Shown here: positions 1 to 10,909 of the stretch, one piece after another | Position numbering within the stretch: the first letter of the stretch is position 1 | How the letters are laid out: each line of letters opens with the position of its first letter | Source of the DNA: a virus | Taxonomy: Duplodnaviria > Caudoviricetes | Direction: 5' to 3' (one strand) | Virus record (IMG/VR): IMGVR_UViG_3300028591_000139 | Coordinates: 35,510 to 99,509 of that record | Length of the DNA stretch: 64,000 nucleotides | The notes under the pieces: model-generated | The model's database searches: none | Seen by the model: only the letters and a program-made list of their open reading frames with translations | Told to the model about the DNA's origin: nothing | Program-made: the position numbers and the translations under genes

Positions 1-91
1 CAGTATATTCGTTCTTATTGGCAATAATCCAATCAGCCAACTTACTGCCAAGCAAACCGGCAACACCAGTAATTAAAACATATTTCTTCAT
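1..91 (-). CDS. NAD-dependent epimerase/dehydratase (SDR), N-terminus only; runs off the window edge
   Basis: Manual translation of the minus strand from ATG at 91: MKKYVLITGVAGLLGSKLADWII, a Rossmann TGxxGxxG motif. Confidence 0.75.
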   Translation of the reverse strand, partial: MKKYVLITGVAGLLGSKLADWIIANKNEYT

Positions 92-160
92 AAAAAAATA
101 AAAAATTTTAATTAAAAAATAAAAAATTATTCCGCTAAATAAATATTTTTCAATATTTTT

Positions 161-190
161 TTTGTTTTTAAAATATTTTTTGTATATTTG
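161..190 (+). promoter_or_regulatory. Bacteroidota-type sigma70 promoter
   Basis: TTTG (161-164), 18 nt, TATATTTG (183-190), upstream of the gene at 212. Confidence 0.6.
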
Positions 191-211
191 TCTAAAATAT
201 TTTAACGCCAT

Positions 212-592
212 ATGATAAAAATACTATTTTTAATGCTTTTATGCCACATTATCGATGATTTCGTTCTTCAAACAAAATTCTCATATCTAAAACAAAAATC
301 ATGGTGGATTAAAGCATGTCAGGAAGATAATCTGCCAATAGAAAAATATAAAAACGACTATAAAATGGCAGTATTTGAACATTCATTGGAATGGTCAATT
401 GTAATTATAATTCCAGTAATGCTGTTTTATAACGTTTCATCTATTGCATTAGCAACAATAATATTAATAAACACAATTATACATTATATTGTAGATAATG
501 CAAAAGCAAACCAATTAAGACTTAATTTAATACAAGACCAAATACTACATTTTCTACAAATAATAATCACATTTTTAGCCTTAATAATATAA
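212..592 (+). CDS. DUF3307-like membrane protein
   Basis: Hydrophobic helices with HxxxDFxLQ, HYIVD and DQILH motifs. Confidence 0.7.
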   Translation: MIKILFLMLLCHIIDDFVLQTKFSYLKQKSWWIKACQEDNLPIEKYKNDYKMAVFEHSLEWSIVIIIPVMLFYNVSSIALATIILINTIIHYIVDNAKANQLRLNLIQDQILHFLQIIITFLALII

Positions 593-673
593 AAAGTGGC
601 CAAATTAAAAGGCCACCACATGGTTAAATTCATTACAAACTTTCTAGGTAATTTCCGCCATATAACGTTTGTC

Positions 674-1003
674 TCAAGAAATTCTGCGAATTATAGGATA
701 TTTTGTTCTATTATTTTTATATTCTGTAATTAAAGAATAATCATATTTTCCATTATGTATAGCCTCACATAAATGTTTTACTTCGTCTAATTTCATACGT
801 TTTTTCTCTGACGCTTTTTCACGCCCGCAAATAGGACAGCCCTCCCCTCTAAATAAATTATCAGGTAATGCCCAAAAGTCACCGTGCTTTTTACAAACCA
901 AATTTATTTTTGTTTTTGAGTTTACATGATTAACTTTTGACAAGTCATACTCATCAGAAAATACATTTTTTATTCTTTGCTTAACTTCGTCATTTGATAA
1001 CAT
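674..1003 (-). pseudogene. Truncated homing endonuclease (CxxHG zinc-ribbon repeats only)
   Basis: YDLSKV..CKKHGDFW..GEGCPICG repeat as in the intact HEGs here; no nuclease domain and an abrupt end. Confidence 0.65.
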
Positions 1004-1083
1004 AAAATTACTTTTATATAAAATATAAAAAAAAATCCTAAGAAAGTAAATTCTTAGGACTTTTAATATAAATTTTATTTACT

Positions 1084-4000
1084 TTAAATGTCATTGAAGT
1101 TCACCCCTTCAGGAGTTAGAGTAAATGTGAGCAGCACATATTCCAATGCATTATACGGTTTGAAGTATATAGTTGCCGGAAGTTCCCTTCTATCTCGTGA
1201 CTCAACCGAATCATTAACTTCAATTCTATAATCAGAAATACCTCTATTAGCTCTTATATTATCCATAATAGGAGTTACTGCTGTTAAGAACATATTCTTT
1301 GTCACTGCATCATTTGGCTCGAATATGAGGCTTCTGCAAGCGATTGCAATGAGTTTTCTCATTCTCAAGAGCAATCTACGAACTGCGATTCTATTAAGTT
1401 GTGACTCACGAACTTGTAAGTTTTTCTGCCCCCATATCTTAACACCGTCAGTTGCAAATGTCTTAACCGGGTTAATTCTTCCGTCGTAGAGGGTATCTTC
1501 ATCAGCAAGTTTTGTAATATAGTGCGCTCTTACGCAGTCTACTTTACCACGTATTGAAACGCCTGCTGGAGCGTACCAAGGATAGGTTGTGTTATCTGTT
1601 GCTGCGAAGTTTCTAACTACGTCTTTAGTTGCGGGCAGATAAATATACTGACTATTTTCCTGGTCAAGGTATTTAACCCAAGGATAATATGTACAAGTGT
1701 AGTTTGAATCAATCTCTGTATATTCAAGATTTTCTACAACTTCTTGTGGTGTATACATTTCATCCACGAAGTCTGCTGCTCCACTTGGTTTATCAGGTGT
1801 TGTAACAACATAGATTGAGTCAGCACGCTCTTCTTCTACCATATCGATTACTTCATTAACAAGTTGTGTGTTATTAACATAATCGATACCAGGTGTTGCA
1901 AGCACATTAATATCTATTGCTTCAGGATTTGCGAACTGTCTGTATGCTGCCAAATAAGCGTACCAGTCTGAAGTAATACCGTTTTGGTTAAGTCCAAGTG
2001 CTTCAGGATTTTCTATTCTATTGAAATTACGTCCTTCTCCGCTGTTATTATCATATGTTCCTCTATAGAGTGACATTTTGAAATCGTCTGTGTTACTTCT
2101 CTGGTCACGGAATACATCCCATCCATCGAAGCCACCATAGAAGTATACAGTAAATTTACGAAGGCTAACATGTTCATATATAGAACCAATCATAGACTCT
2201 TCTTTGCCAATAACAGGAATATCTGTTAACATGGCTGTTCTGTTATTTACTGAAACGGCATCAAACTTATATCCGCTTACACCATCAACAGTGATTCTTG
2301 GTGTGTGCTGATTATAGTTCTGTGGGTCTAATCTTGAGTCAAGGTGGAAACCTTGTGTAAGCATTTCAGGTATGTTAATGTAAGCTGCCTTTCCTTTATA
2401 GGTAAACAAATCTACATCAACGCCAACTCTTGTTGACAAGCCGAAGTACTGTTTTCTATCTTTTGTTTCCTCGTTATAGTTCAGATTATACTTAATAAAT
2501 GGTGCTATAACATTTTCAGTATTGCCACTCTGTATTTGAACGCCGTCATAAGCAACCATAGGATAGCCTAAGAAACCAGCAGGTGCTGAATTCTGAACTG
2601 AATCGCCTTCTGCTACTTCAACGGTAATGAACTTAGATTTGCTTTCATAAATTCCATCGAATGAACCAATCTTGAATGCAATGTAGTTATTGTCACCAGG
2701 TATCAATGTACATTTTGAGAATTTCTCCAATATTGTTACATATTCATCTGTATCATTAATATCTCTAACAACCACATCAAATGTGCCTGCATCAGGTAAT
2801 ATATTTTCAATAGAAATCTTTATTTCATAGTTTGAATTATTACCATCGGATATTGTATGGAATCTAAACAGTTTATTTAACTCAATATGGTCATAATCAC
2901 CCTTTAAGTTAGAAACTATCCAAGGAGTTGAAGCATATCTATATGCTGAAGCATAGTTATTCAAATCACAGGTGATGAAAACACAATCTGATTTGTCTTC
3001 CTTTATTTTGTAATACAAGCCATCAGCTTCATTTTTAACCATCACCAATCTTGTCGATGAATCTTCTGTATGAGCAGTTCCGCCGGTATTCACAATATAC
3101 TGTTTATTTGTCGGCTTACCATCAACAAGTTTATCGACAATAGGAACTAAGTCTACATTTTCATTACCGGGTTTCTTGCTCCATTCTATCACATTAGCTT
3201 CAGGATAGTATGCGTAGAAGAAGTGACGTTTTCCTTTACTGTCAGTATACTGTCTAACAGTAAATACTTGGCCTAACAATGAATTATCAATAGCAACCTT
3301 AACTAGACCGGTTTTATCATCCTCTATCGGATTTGCGGGATAACCTGTTGTGCCTGTTTCACCAAACACCATTGGAGTGTTGGTTTCATAGTCATAGGGA
3401 TGCGCGTATATTGTTGGGTCATTTTTGGTCTGACCTGTTTCCACGGTGTTTCTATCTGCTAAGTATCTCTGTCCCAAGTTCTTTCTTGACAAGAAGTCTT
3501 CCTGCATTTTAAGAAGTCCGTTAACGGGTTTCAAGCCGCAGTAGTCAGATGGGTCATAAACATTGTAGAATGTTAAGCCACTATTAATACCGATAGCTTT
3601 GGTATCTCCGCTTTCTGTTATAGCCTGTGACAGCGCAACGTCATATAATGATTCTACATATAAAGGCGCGTCACCGTTATTGGGGTCAGTTCCAAGAACT
3701 TTAAGGATGTAATCCTTATCATAGGGGTTCAATGATACTGGATATTCGAAGAAATAATCTTTCAATTCATCATTTGAATAGCTATCCTCATTAAAGTCAA
3801 CATCTTTTTCTTGGTAGCCTTTCAAGCCGTAAATTGTGAATTTGCCATAGTCTGTTGCGCTAACCAGTGAAACTAAGCCTTCTTCTGTATAAGCGCTACC
3901 TCCGTTAATTTTATAGTCATCGCAATCATTTCCGGTTGCATATAATGGATTATATGGCTTCAATCTAACAACATTATTATATCCAACAACGTTGCAAGTA

Positions 4001-4500
4001 TCGCCGCTTCTTTTTATTTCTCCAACTTCATAAACAAGCATGTCATATCCATCAATTGGGCATTCGCACGACCCTGATGCCGCATCAAATTTATGATATT
4101 TCTCATAGTGTGCTCTGGAGCGAAGGACGGCAACCACCATATTTTTATCATTCTTCAATCTTACGGTCACTGCCCATGCAGGACCTGCTTTATAGCCGCT
4201 AAGTCCAAGTACGCGAACAACTTCAAGCTGTTTTGATTCAGACAGATAAGATTTTGCGATATAAGGCAACTCATATTTAGGATATTGACTTCCTTTAAAT
4301 TTTTCTGTACTAGTTCCACCAAATACATCAGCAAACTGGCGCCAATCTTCTATGTGCATTGGTTGAAAAGCAGGGCCACGCAATGTTTCTCCTGCCAAAC
4401 CAAGTGTAGTAATTCCAAGACTTTTTACTGCGTAAGTTAATTCATTTTCAGCAGTATATACGCCAGGGCTAACATGGATTCCTCTAACATTATTTGCCAT
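1084..4500 (-). CDS. Contractile tail sheath protein
   Basis: N-terminal SPGVY; C-terminal PWYAPAG..RG, GVKIWGQKNLQ, LNRIAVRRLL and FEPND sheath motifs. Confidence 0.95.
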   Translation of the reverse strand: MANNVRGIHVSPGVYTAENELTYAVKSLGITTLGLAGETLRGPAFQPMHIEDWRQFADVFGGTSTEKFKGSQYPKYELPYIAKSYLSESKQLEVVRVLGLSGYKAGPAWAVTVRLKNDKNMVVAVLRSRAHYEKYHKFDAASGSCECPIDGYDMLVYEVGEIKRSGDTCNVVGYNNVVRLKPYNPLYATGNDCDDYKINGGSAYTEEGLVSLVSATDYGKFTIYGLKGYQEKDVDFNEDSYSNDELKDYFFEYPVSLNPYDKDYILKVLGTDPNNGDAPLYVESLYDVALSQAITESGDTKAIGINSGLTFYNVYDPSDYCGLKPVNGLLKMQEDFLSRKNLGQRYLADRNTVETGQTKNDPTIYAHPYDYETNTPMVFGETGTTGYPANPIEDDKTGLVKVAIDNSLLGQVFTVRQYTDSKGKRHFFYAYYPEANVIEWSKKPGNENVDLVPIVDKLVDGKPTNKQYIVNTGGTAHTEDSSTRLVMVKNEADGLYYKIKEDKSDCVFITCDLNNYASAYRYASTPWIVSNLKGDYDHIELNKLFRFHTISDGNNSNYEIKISIENILPDAGTFDVVVRDINDTDEYVTILEKFSKCTLIPGDNNYIAFKIGSFDGIYESKSKFITVEVAEGDSVQNSAPAGFLGYPMVAYDGVQIQSGNTENVIAPFIKYNLNYNEETKDRKQYFGLSTRVGVDVDLFTYKGKAAYINIPEMLTQGFHLDSRLDPQNYNQHTPRITVDGVSGYKFDAVSVNNRTAMLTDIPVIGKEESMIGSIYEHVSLRKFTVYFYGGFDGWDVFRDQRSNTDDFKMSLYRGTYDNNSGEGRNFNRIENPEALGLNQNGITSDWYAYLAAYRQFANPEAIDINVLATPGIDYVNNTQLVNEVIDMVEEERADSIYVVTTPDKPSGAADFVDEMYTPQEVVENLEYTEIDSNYTCTYYPWVKYLDQENSQYIYLPATKDVVRNFAATDNTTYPWYAPAGVSIRGKVDCVRAHYITKLADEDTLYDGRINPVKTFATDGVKIWGQKNLQVRESQLNRIAVRRLLLRMRKLIAIACRSLIFEPNDAVTKNMFLTAVTPIMDNIRANRGISDYRIEVNDSVESRDRRELPATIYFKPYNALEYVLLTFTLTPEGVNFNDI

Positions 4501-4641
4501 AATTATTTAATTTAATAATTTATTTTTTTATTATTTTTCTTTATGTTTGGTACATTTTTTATATAAATATTTAGCAGAAATTAAAAGTATAAATATATAT
4601 AAAATTATTTTTACGCCTTTAACAAAAAATAACATATTTCA

Positions 4642-4673
4642 TTTGTTTATCATGTGTTTTTTTTGTATATTTG
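4642..4673 (+). promoter_or_regulatory. Bacteroidota-type sigma70 promoter
   Basis: TTTG, 20 nt, TATATTTG, upstream of 4702. Confidence 0.6.
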
Positions 4674-4701
4674 CGTAAAAACTAATTTTATTTATTAAAG
4701 A

Positions 4702-5799
4702 ATGTTAAGCGAAAGTATAAAAAAGAAGATTATTGATGTCGCAAGTGACATGAAGATAGATTCTTACGAGGGTCTCACCAAAGCAAGTCTATTTGCGTAT
4801 TTATTTAATGAATTAGGCTATTTATATGTCATTAATAAGGCTGACAATGGTTATTCTATTGATTTAAGGGGTGACGATGAACCATTATTGGCAGAAAAAA
4901 GCAAAATCATTGATTATTCGCCGACAATAAAAAATTTATTGAAAGCATTTGATGGCATTGCGTTTCAACAGCATTCATCTTATATTTATATTATAGGTGA
5001 AAAAATAATTTTGAAAGTATTTTCTGAAAAAAATGGAAATGAGATTTCAGTTGATACAATTGAGATTGCCACAAATCTTGAAAATCTTGAAGAAATAAAG
5101 GAAAAGATAGTCTCTTCCTTTGTTATTAAAGAAGTGATTAATGATGAAAACAGTTATAGAATTGCATATCGTGGTCAATATTCAATAGATACAACAGTTT
5201 GCAAGTTTGATGATTGGAAAAGTAACATAAAGGACAATTATAACGATAACGTACCTTATGACAAGATAAATAAGATTATACGTTCAGATAAGTCAGGCTT
5301 GATAATGTTCTACGGTATACCTGGTACCGGCAAAACGTCATTGGTCAAATCATTAATAAATGATAATAGGGACACCAATTTCATTTTTGTTGACACATCT
5401 GTATGCGAATCAATAAGTGATGGCCTATTTTTGGAGTTCTTAAAGGACAATAAAAATTCAGTTATAGTATTTGAGGACTGTGAAAAGTTATTGGCAAGCA
5501 GGGATGAAAATGGAAATGAATCGTTGGGAACTATTCTAAACCTTACCGATGGCATTATTGCAGAATCAATGAAAATAAAGTTCATCTGCACATTTAATTG
5601 CCCATTGGAAATGGTTGACAAGGCGTTACTGCGAAAGGGAAGGCTATCTTTAAAATATGAATTTGATAAACTATCTCTTGAAAAAACAAAAGCAATTTAT
5701 CCAGAGGCGACAGAGCCATTGACATTGGCTGACGCACATAACGCATATGAAAATAATGATTATTCAGAAAAGAAAAAAAGAAAGATAGGCTTCGTATAA
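4702..5799 (+). CDS. AAA+ ATPase
   Basis: Walker A GIPGTGKT, Walker B VIVFED, arginine finger ALLRKGR, C-terminal KIGF. Confidence 0.9.
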   Translation: MLSESIKKKIIDVASDMKIDSYEGLTKASLFAYLFNELGYLYVINKADNGYSIDLRGDDEPLLAEKSKIIDYSPTIKNLLKAFDGIAFQQHSSYIYIIGEKIILKVFSEKNGNEISVDTIEIATNLENLEEIKEKIVSSFVIKEVINDENSYRIAYRGQYSIDTTVCKFDDWKSNIKDNYNDNVPYDKINKIIRSDKSGLIMFYGIPGTGKTSLVKSLINDNRDTNFIFVDTSVCESISDGLFLEFLKDNKNSVIVFEDCEKLLASRDENGNESLGTILNLTDGIIAESMKIKFICTFNCPLEMVDKALLRKGRLSLKYEFDKLSLEKTKAIYPEATEPLTLADAHNAYENNDYSEKKKRKIGFV

Positions 5800-5820
5800 A
5801 GAGCCTATCTTTCTTTTTCT
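5773..5820. terminator. Bidirectional intrinsic terminator
   Basis: aaaaagaaagataggc / gcctatctttcttttt inverted repeat between convergent genes. Confidence 0.7.
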
Positions 5821-6122
5821 ACTATTTTTAGTTTTATATTGTTCAAAAACGATATATATTTACTGGTGTCGATGTTTATATTGTTGTTAATTAACTTATT
5901 TCTATATTCAGTTAATTTGCGTTTATAAGTGTCTGCATCAGTTTTATCTATTTTTTCTCCATATTCAATTTGCGTTTTAAAGAATATATCAGTAATTTTA
6001 CCAATTTCTTCCAAATATTGATTACTGGTAATTAATTCATCTAACGAATACTCAAATTTATATTTTGAATTTAATTTAAGTAATTCATCTTCTATATCAA
6101 TTAATTCTTTTATTGTAGTCAT
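5805..6122 (-). CDS. Hypothetical protein (start probably MTTIKEL)
   Basis: ORF track; the internal ATG avoids overlap with the upstream gene. Confidence 0.55.
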   Translation of the reverse strand: MTTIKELIDIEDELLKLNSKYKFEYSLDELITSNQYLEEIGKITDIFFKTQIEYGEKIDKTDADTYKRKLTEYRNKLINNNINIDTSKYISFLNNIKLKIVEKER

Positions 6123-6144
6123 CGAAAAACAGTTTAAAAGCAGT

Positions 6145-7413
6145 TTATTTAATGTATACATCTTCTTCTCTTGATGGCTCATCTAATTGAGACTCATAAT
6201 CTATTCTTGTGTCAATAACAGTTTCGGGGTCGCTGCCCACTATAATTATTGATGAATCTTTATATTCATCTTTTCTTGTTATAATTATTTCTACTTTATC
6301 ATCAACGTTTAATTTAACTTCATTTTCAAAGTTTTGAGCCTCATCGTTGATTTTGATTACGAAATCATTAACATTATTTGTTTCTATTGTTTCAACATCA
6401 ATAACTGTATCTATTATAAATGTTACCGAGCGTTCTTCGCAATATGGAAATTCAACTATTAACTTAATTATTTTATTTACATAGTAATTATCTTTTTTAT
6501 TGCAGCATTCCGGAATTTCTTCTTCTATTTTCACTATTGGTTTTTTTGGCTTTTGTGCGTCAACCATGTTTAATGATGGGTCGCACGCATCAAATCCCCT
6601 GTTCATACCATAAAAATCAAGCCAATTTTTGTTGTTTATTTTCTTATCTTTGCCTTTATTCTCATTCACAACGGTTCTAACTTTAAAACGTGAAGGCACT
6701 TTTGTTACTTTAAAGTCTTCTTTTCTTATAATATACCCCATCAGCTTTATTACATATGATTGAGCATAATATTTTCTATCGTCTATGCTATATTCAGATT
6801 CGTCATTTACGCTCTCTATCACCATTGGCATGGGATGATTATTTGGCCATAAATAGCACTCTAATGCGTTAAATTCGTGCTGCATTAATTCAGCAAATTT
6901 ATTTAATAACTCATATTTGTTGCATATAATAGACACCGTATACATAAAATTAACAGATAGCGGCTGTTTCATCGTATATAAATCATATGCCTCTTCGCCA
7001 TTTTCCTGAAGAACGGGAACACAGAACATAGGATAATCTCTATTACCAGGTATATTATATGAACTACCTTGGCTATCTCCATGTTGGGGGTTATTTTCCC
7101 TCGTAATAGTTTTAAAGTTCATTATAAGATTACCGGCATCATCAAGATTATTCCATGTTTGAGAATATTCGCTTAATTTTTGATTGCTAAATAACTTATA
7201 TGTTGATAAACGCTTTCCATCATGCGTTATTTCTAATTTTTTATCAACCCATTCATAAAAAGCATTATCAATATCCTCAAATTCAACAGGCTTGGGAAAA
7301 AATGTCTGATTTTCTAACATTATTTTAGACAAATTTCTCCTACGCTCAACTCCAACGGCATGTCTTCTATGGCGTAAAACGTCCATATATGGTTTTGGCT
7401 GAATTAAACTCAT
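6145..7413 (-). CDS. Putative virion protein (possibly tail completion)
   Basis: Lies in the sheath/neck module; the product assignment is weak. Confidence 0.45.
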   Translation of the reverse strand: MSLIQPKPYMDVLRHRRHAVGVERRRNLSKIMLENQTFFPKPVEFEDIDNAFYEWVDKKLEITHDGKRLSTYKLFSNQKLSEYSQTWNNLDDAGNLIMNFKTITRENNPQHGDSQGSSYNIPGNRDYPMFCVPVLQENGEEAYDLYTMKQPLSVNFMYTVSIICNKYELLNKFAELMQHEFNALECYLWPNNHPMPMVIESVNDESEYSIDDRKYYAQSYVIKLMGYIIRKEDFKVTKVPSRFKVRTVVNENKGKDKKINNKNWLDFYGMNRGFDACDPSLNMVDAQKPKKPIVKIEEEIPECCNKKDNYYVNKIIKLIVEFPYCEERSVTFIIDTVIDVETIETNNVNDFVIKINDEAQNFENEVKLNVDDKVEIIITRKDEYKDSSIIIVGSDPETVIDTRIDYESQLDEPSREEDVYIK

Positions 7414-7494
7414 TATTTAACTTTTTTTAACTGTGAAAATTTGCTTATTTTAATATAAATATGTATTTTTGCACAAAATAAAATAAATAGTTTT

Positions 7495-7731
7495 ATGAAA
7501 TTATCAAATAAAAAGTTTCAAATATTATGCCAAGATAACCCTCAATCAATGGCAGATAAATTAAATGAAAGCATTGTATATGTGTTTTTTGAAGATAAGT
7601 TCTATACAGAATCACAATATAGGGCTTTATGCGAAAAAACAAAATTGGCATATGATAATGAATATACTGAAGAGGATTGGATAAAGGCAAAGTCAAATGA
7701 CACGTTAACATGGTTCTATCCAAAAAAATAA
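7495..7731 (+). CDS. Hypothetical protein
   Basis: Preceded by TTTG-N20-TATTTTTG (7440-7471) and followed by hairpin aggcgga/tccgcct. Confidence 0.6.
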   Translation: MKLSNKKFQILCQDNPQSMADKLNESIVYVFFEDKFYTESQYRALCEKTKLAYDNEYTEEDWIKAKSNDTLTWFYPKK

Positions 7732-7750
7732 GGCGGATAATATTCCGCCT

Positions 7751-9547
7751 TTAATAATTTGTAAATCTTCCATCTGGATTAGGTTTATTAACCATAACAC
7801 CTGGGCCTAAATTATATTTTGAATCCATTTCCCCAAATGTTATTGGTATTATATATCTTATGCCCAATTTTTTAGCATTATAGCATATATCTGATAACGT
7901 TGCACCACCACTTATATTATCGTCAAATATTACAAAAACAGTAGCCTTAATTTTTTCTATTTCTTTATTAACATAATCCATATTTGGCGAAAAATAATCC
8001 ATCATTCCCATTCTTATATCGTTGCTAAGATTTTTTATTTGAAAATCATCCTGTTGTAATCTATGCATGGGTATTGGCTTTTGACCAGTGCCACGGAAAA
8101 ATGGCTTAACTATTTTCCATATATTTTCAGTATTCCGTATTTCTGATGGCGTTTTTGTTCCCTTTAGTTTTTCAAACGTTTTATGCATTTTACCGCCGCT
8201 ATAATACAGGCAATTATCTATTTCGGCAAGAATGTCTGAAAGCTCTTTGTAAAATTTCGCTAAAGCTTCGGGAAATCTATCTCCATATTTTTTCCTGTTT
8301 ATAGCATAGCATCTATATAATCTATCAAATGTATAGTTATATTGGTCAATTAATTTTTTTATTTTGCCAATTTGATTTATTTTAGATACGGTATTATTAA
8401 CAAAATCCCTATGCGTTTGATTGTTACTTCCATTTGTTAACATTTTGCTGTCAAAATATGAGGAATTCTTTCTCATAAAATCATCATCAGCTTTAATGCT
8501 TTCCATGTCCTTATTAAATAAAGAGCTATCTATTGCTATAGTTGGTAAATTGGCGAATTTAACTTTTCCTGCCAACTGCTTAACCATGGTTACGTTAAAA
8601 TTACTACTACTAGGTACAGGATAAATAGATACACCCCTGAAATTTTCAACCACGCCCATTTTTCTAATAGCATATGTCACAACATTGTTAACCTTTTCGC
8701 AAAATTGATTTATAAAATCCCTATATTCAGAATCTTGCATCATAAGCTCATATGATTCTTTAACACCATCTCCGTCGAGGTCTAAATTCATTTTAGCAAA
8801 CTTATTCTTAAAATAATGCATAATTTCAGTACCCCTAATTGATGTAATATTATATGAGTCTATCCCACCCTTTAATGGCACAATAAAAGTATCAGAATTA
8901 TTTTGGTCCATTTTACCTGTATTTAATAATTCTTGTGGATTAAGCTGCCCTTTATTTTTTGTATGACCATTGGAAGTTCTTTTATCATAAGTTAATTGAA
9001 GCTTATTTTTACCAACCTTTTTATTAGCAAAAACATCTTCATTAACAAATAGCCTTTTAAACTGCCCCTCACTCAGTTTAATATTTTTTTTAAAATTAAT
9101 CTCAAATAAATTTAATTTATCTTCAGAAATTCTAACTATCTTTTTATTTTCATTTGTATTATATAACTCATTCTCATCAGCACCAAATACGCCATCATTG
9201 GCCAATAATTCTCTAGAAGCAACACCCATATCACTTCTTCCATAATTCATATTGCTATTATCAATTTCGTCTTCAGATTGACGTTCTTTGGAATTCGCCT
9301 CCAAATTATCGGCAATATTCCTCAAATCGAATATATGCCTATCAATACAATCACAAGCATTCTTCTTATTAAAATAAGCCTTTCCTCCCCTTCTCGTCTT
9401 TGGCTTGATTCCACACTTATCAAAAAGTACATATATTGCTTGCTCAGTAAAATTACCACTATACCCATGCTGCACCATCTTTTTCACCAATTGCGCAGTG
9501 GAAATTAAATTTTTAAAACGCCTTGTATTATCTGCCTCGTTTAACAT
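7751..9547 (-). CDS. Protein with a C-terminal type I phosphoribosyltransferase-like domain
   Basis: PRPP-binding loop FVIFDDNISGGATL and an IYPVPSSS motif. Confidence 0.65.
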   Translation of the reverse strand: MLNEADNTRRFKNLISTAQLVKKMVQHGYSGNFTEQAIYVLFDKCGIKPKTRRGGKAYFNKKNACDCIDRHIFDLRNIADNLEANSKERQSEDEIDNSNMNYGRSDMGVASRELLANDGVFGADENELYNTNENKKIVRISEDKLNLFEINFKKNIKLSEGQFKRLFVNEDVFANKKVGKNKLQLTYDKRTSNGHTKNKGQLNPQELLNTGKMDQNNSDTFIVPLKGGIDSYNITSIRGTEIMHYFKNKFAKMNLDLDGDGVKESYELMMQDSEYRDFINQFCEKVNNVVTYAIRKMGVVENFRGVSIYPVPSSSNFNVTMVKQLAGKVKFANLPTIAIDSSLFNKDMESIKADDDFMRKNSSYFDSKMLTNGSNNQTHRDFVNNTVSKINQIGKIKKLIDQYNYTFDRLYRCYAINRKKYGDRFPEALAKFYKELSDILAEIDNCLYYSGGKMHKTFEKLKGTKTPSEIRNTENIWKIVKPFFRGTGQKPIPMHRLQQDDFQIKNLSNDIRMGMMDYFSPNMDYVNKEIEKIKATVFVIFDDNISGGATLSDICYNAKKLGIRYIIPITFGEMDSKYNLGPGVMVNKPNPDGRFTNY

Positions 9548-9573
9548 AAATCGTAAAAAATAACCTATTTTTA

Positions 9574-10113
9574 TTATACCTTAAATTCGCTCACATCAAC
9601 ACTGTAACATAAAACCTCGTAATAATAGTTTTTTCTACCATACATGGAATGAGCGTTATCATAGTTTTTATTAATCGCAGAAACCGAAAAGAACTCCATA
9701 TGCTCCTCATTCACTTGGCATCCAATATAGTCTCCAGGCTTAATTTCTATTCCAAGTTCATCAAGCGTTTCTTTATACACGCCAAATGTAAGTTTGCCGG
9801 TTTTCATATACGTACCTATGTTCTTTGTTTTATCATATGATTTAAGTTCTGGTTCTTCTAACGTATAAACACAATGAAATTCTACTGGTGTTTTAAATTT
9901 GACATTATTTGCTTGTGTTTCTCCATATATATTATTTATATTTGATGACGAAATGTCAACAGAATATAAAACCAAAGTTTGATTCATATCCTGCTCAATA
10001 TAATTTTTTCCAACTTCTATATCAAATTCAAATGATTCATCAGAATAAAAAAGATTATTCCTATTTATTGGAACTCTTTTTATATTTTTTGTATTAAATT
10101 GCAAATTGGCCAT
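9574..10113 (-). CDS. Neck/head-closure protein (T4 gp14-like)
   Basis: IYGE..KFKTPVEF..EIKPGDYI pattern, size and context. Confidence 0.55.
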   Translation of the reverse strand: MANLQFNTKNIKRVPINRNNLFYSDESFEFDIEVGKNYIEQDMNQTLVLYSVDISSSNINNIYGETQANNVKFKTPVEFHCVYTLEEPELKSYDKTKNIGTYMKTGKLTFGVYKETLDELGIEIKPGDYIGCQVNEEHMEFFSVSAINKNYDNAHSMYGRKNYYYEVLCYSVDVSEFKV

Positions 10114-10115
10114 AA

Positions 10116-10805
10116 TTAAAATGTTTTAATATGTTTTCTGTAAAACCTATTATCTACTTCTTCGCTTAAACCGGAATCCAAAATAACAATTGTTGGCTCT
10201 CCATCCCTCTGAGTCAAGCCCCAATTATTTACATCTCTCAAATCTCTTATAGAATGGTCATACGAATAATATAATTCGCGCAAATTGTTAAACAAATGCT
10301 CAACTTCGTCATTATTTTCATAAATTTTGTACAATTCATGCACCCAGTCTTCGGCACGTTTATTGTACCCGGCCCTTCCACACATGTCAACAAATGAAAT
10401 AAATCTCTGTACATCTGTAAATGGTATTCCATAAAGCTCTTGAAATTCTTCTCCATGCTCTCTAAGCGGCAAAACAAATTCACTTATAATCCACAAACCA
10501 TTCTCTTCATCCGTTCCATTCATTACCTTTGGGAAACAGTCTAAATAATTATCGTTACCCAACGTTATTTCTCTTAGATTTTGCTCTACGCCTCTTATAT
10601 TTTTTGCTAATTTCAAACAAGCAAAATCATCTATTTGGAACACAGTCCTACTTGAGCCATTACCTATTGGTTTGCCAAGCATTTGTCTACAGTAATTTAG
10701 CCTCTTCGAAAAAGAAGAACAACTGCGCAAATAATCAAGACTAAATCCAGGCATGGCCGCCTCAAATAATCGTTTATGTTGATTTTCAGTTATACGAATT
10801 TTCAT
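10116..10805 (-). CDS. Protein kinase-like protein
   Basis: IGNGSSRTVF glycine loop, LKLAK lysine, catalytic RDLRDVNNWG, ILDSG. Confidence 0.7.
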   Translation of the reverse strand: MKIRITENQHKRLFEAAMPGFSLDYLRSCSSFSKRLNYCRQMLGKPIGNGSSRTVFQIDDFACLKLAKNIRGVEQNLREITLGNDNYLDCFPKVMNGTDEENGLWIISEFVLPLREHGEEFQELYGIPFTDVQRFISFVDMCGRAGYNKRAEDWVHELYKIYENNDEVEHLFNNLRELYYSYDHSIRDLRDVNNWGLTQRDGEPTIVILDSGLSEEVDNRFYRKHIKTF

Positions 10806-10909
10806 GCTTATTTTTTTTCCAATTTACAATAAATAGCAAATAAAACGTAAAACTTGACTTTTTAAAAAAAAATCTTATATTTTATATAATAAAATATAAT
10901 ATATAATGA

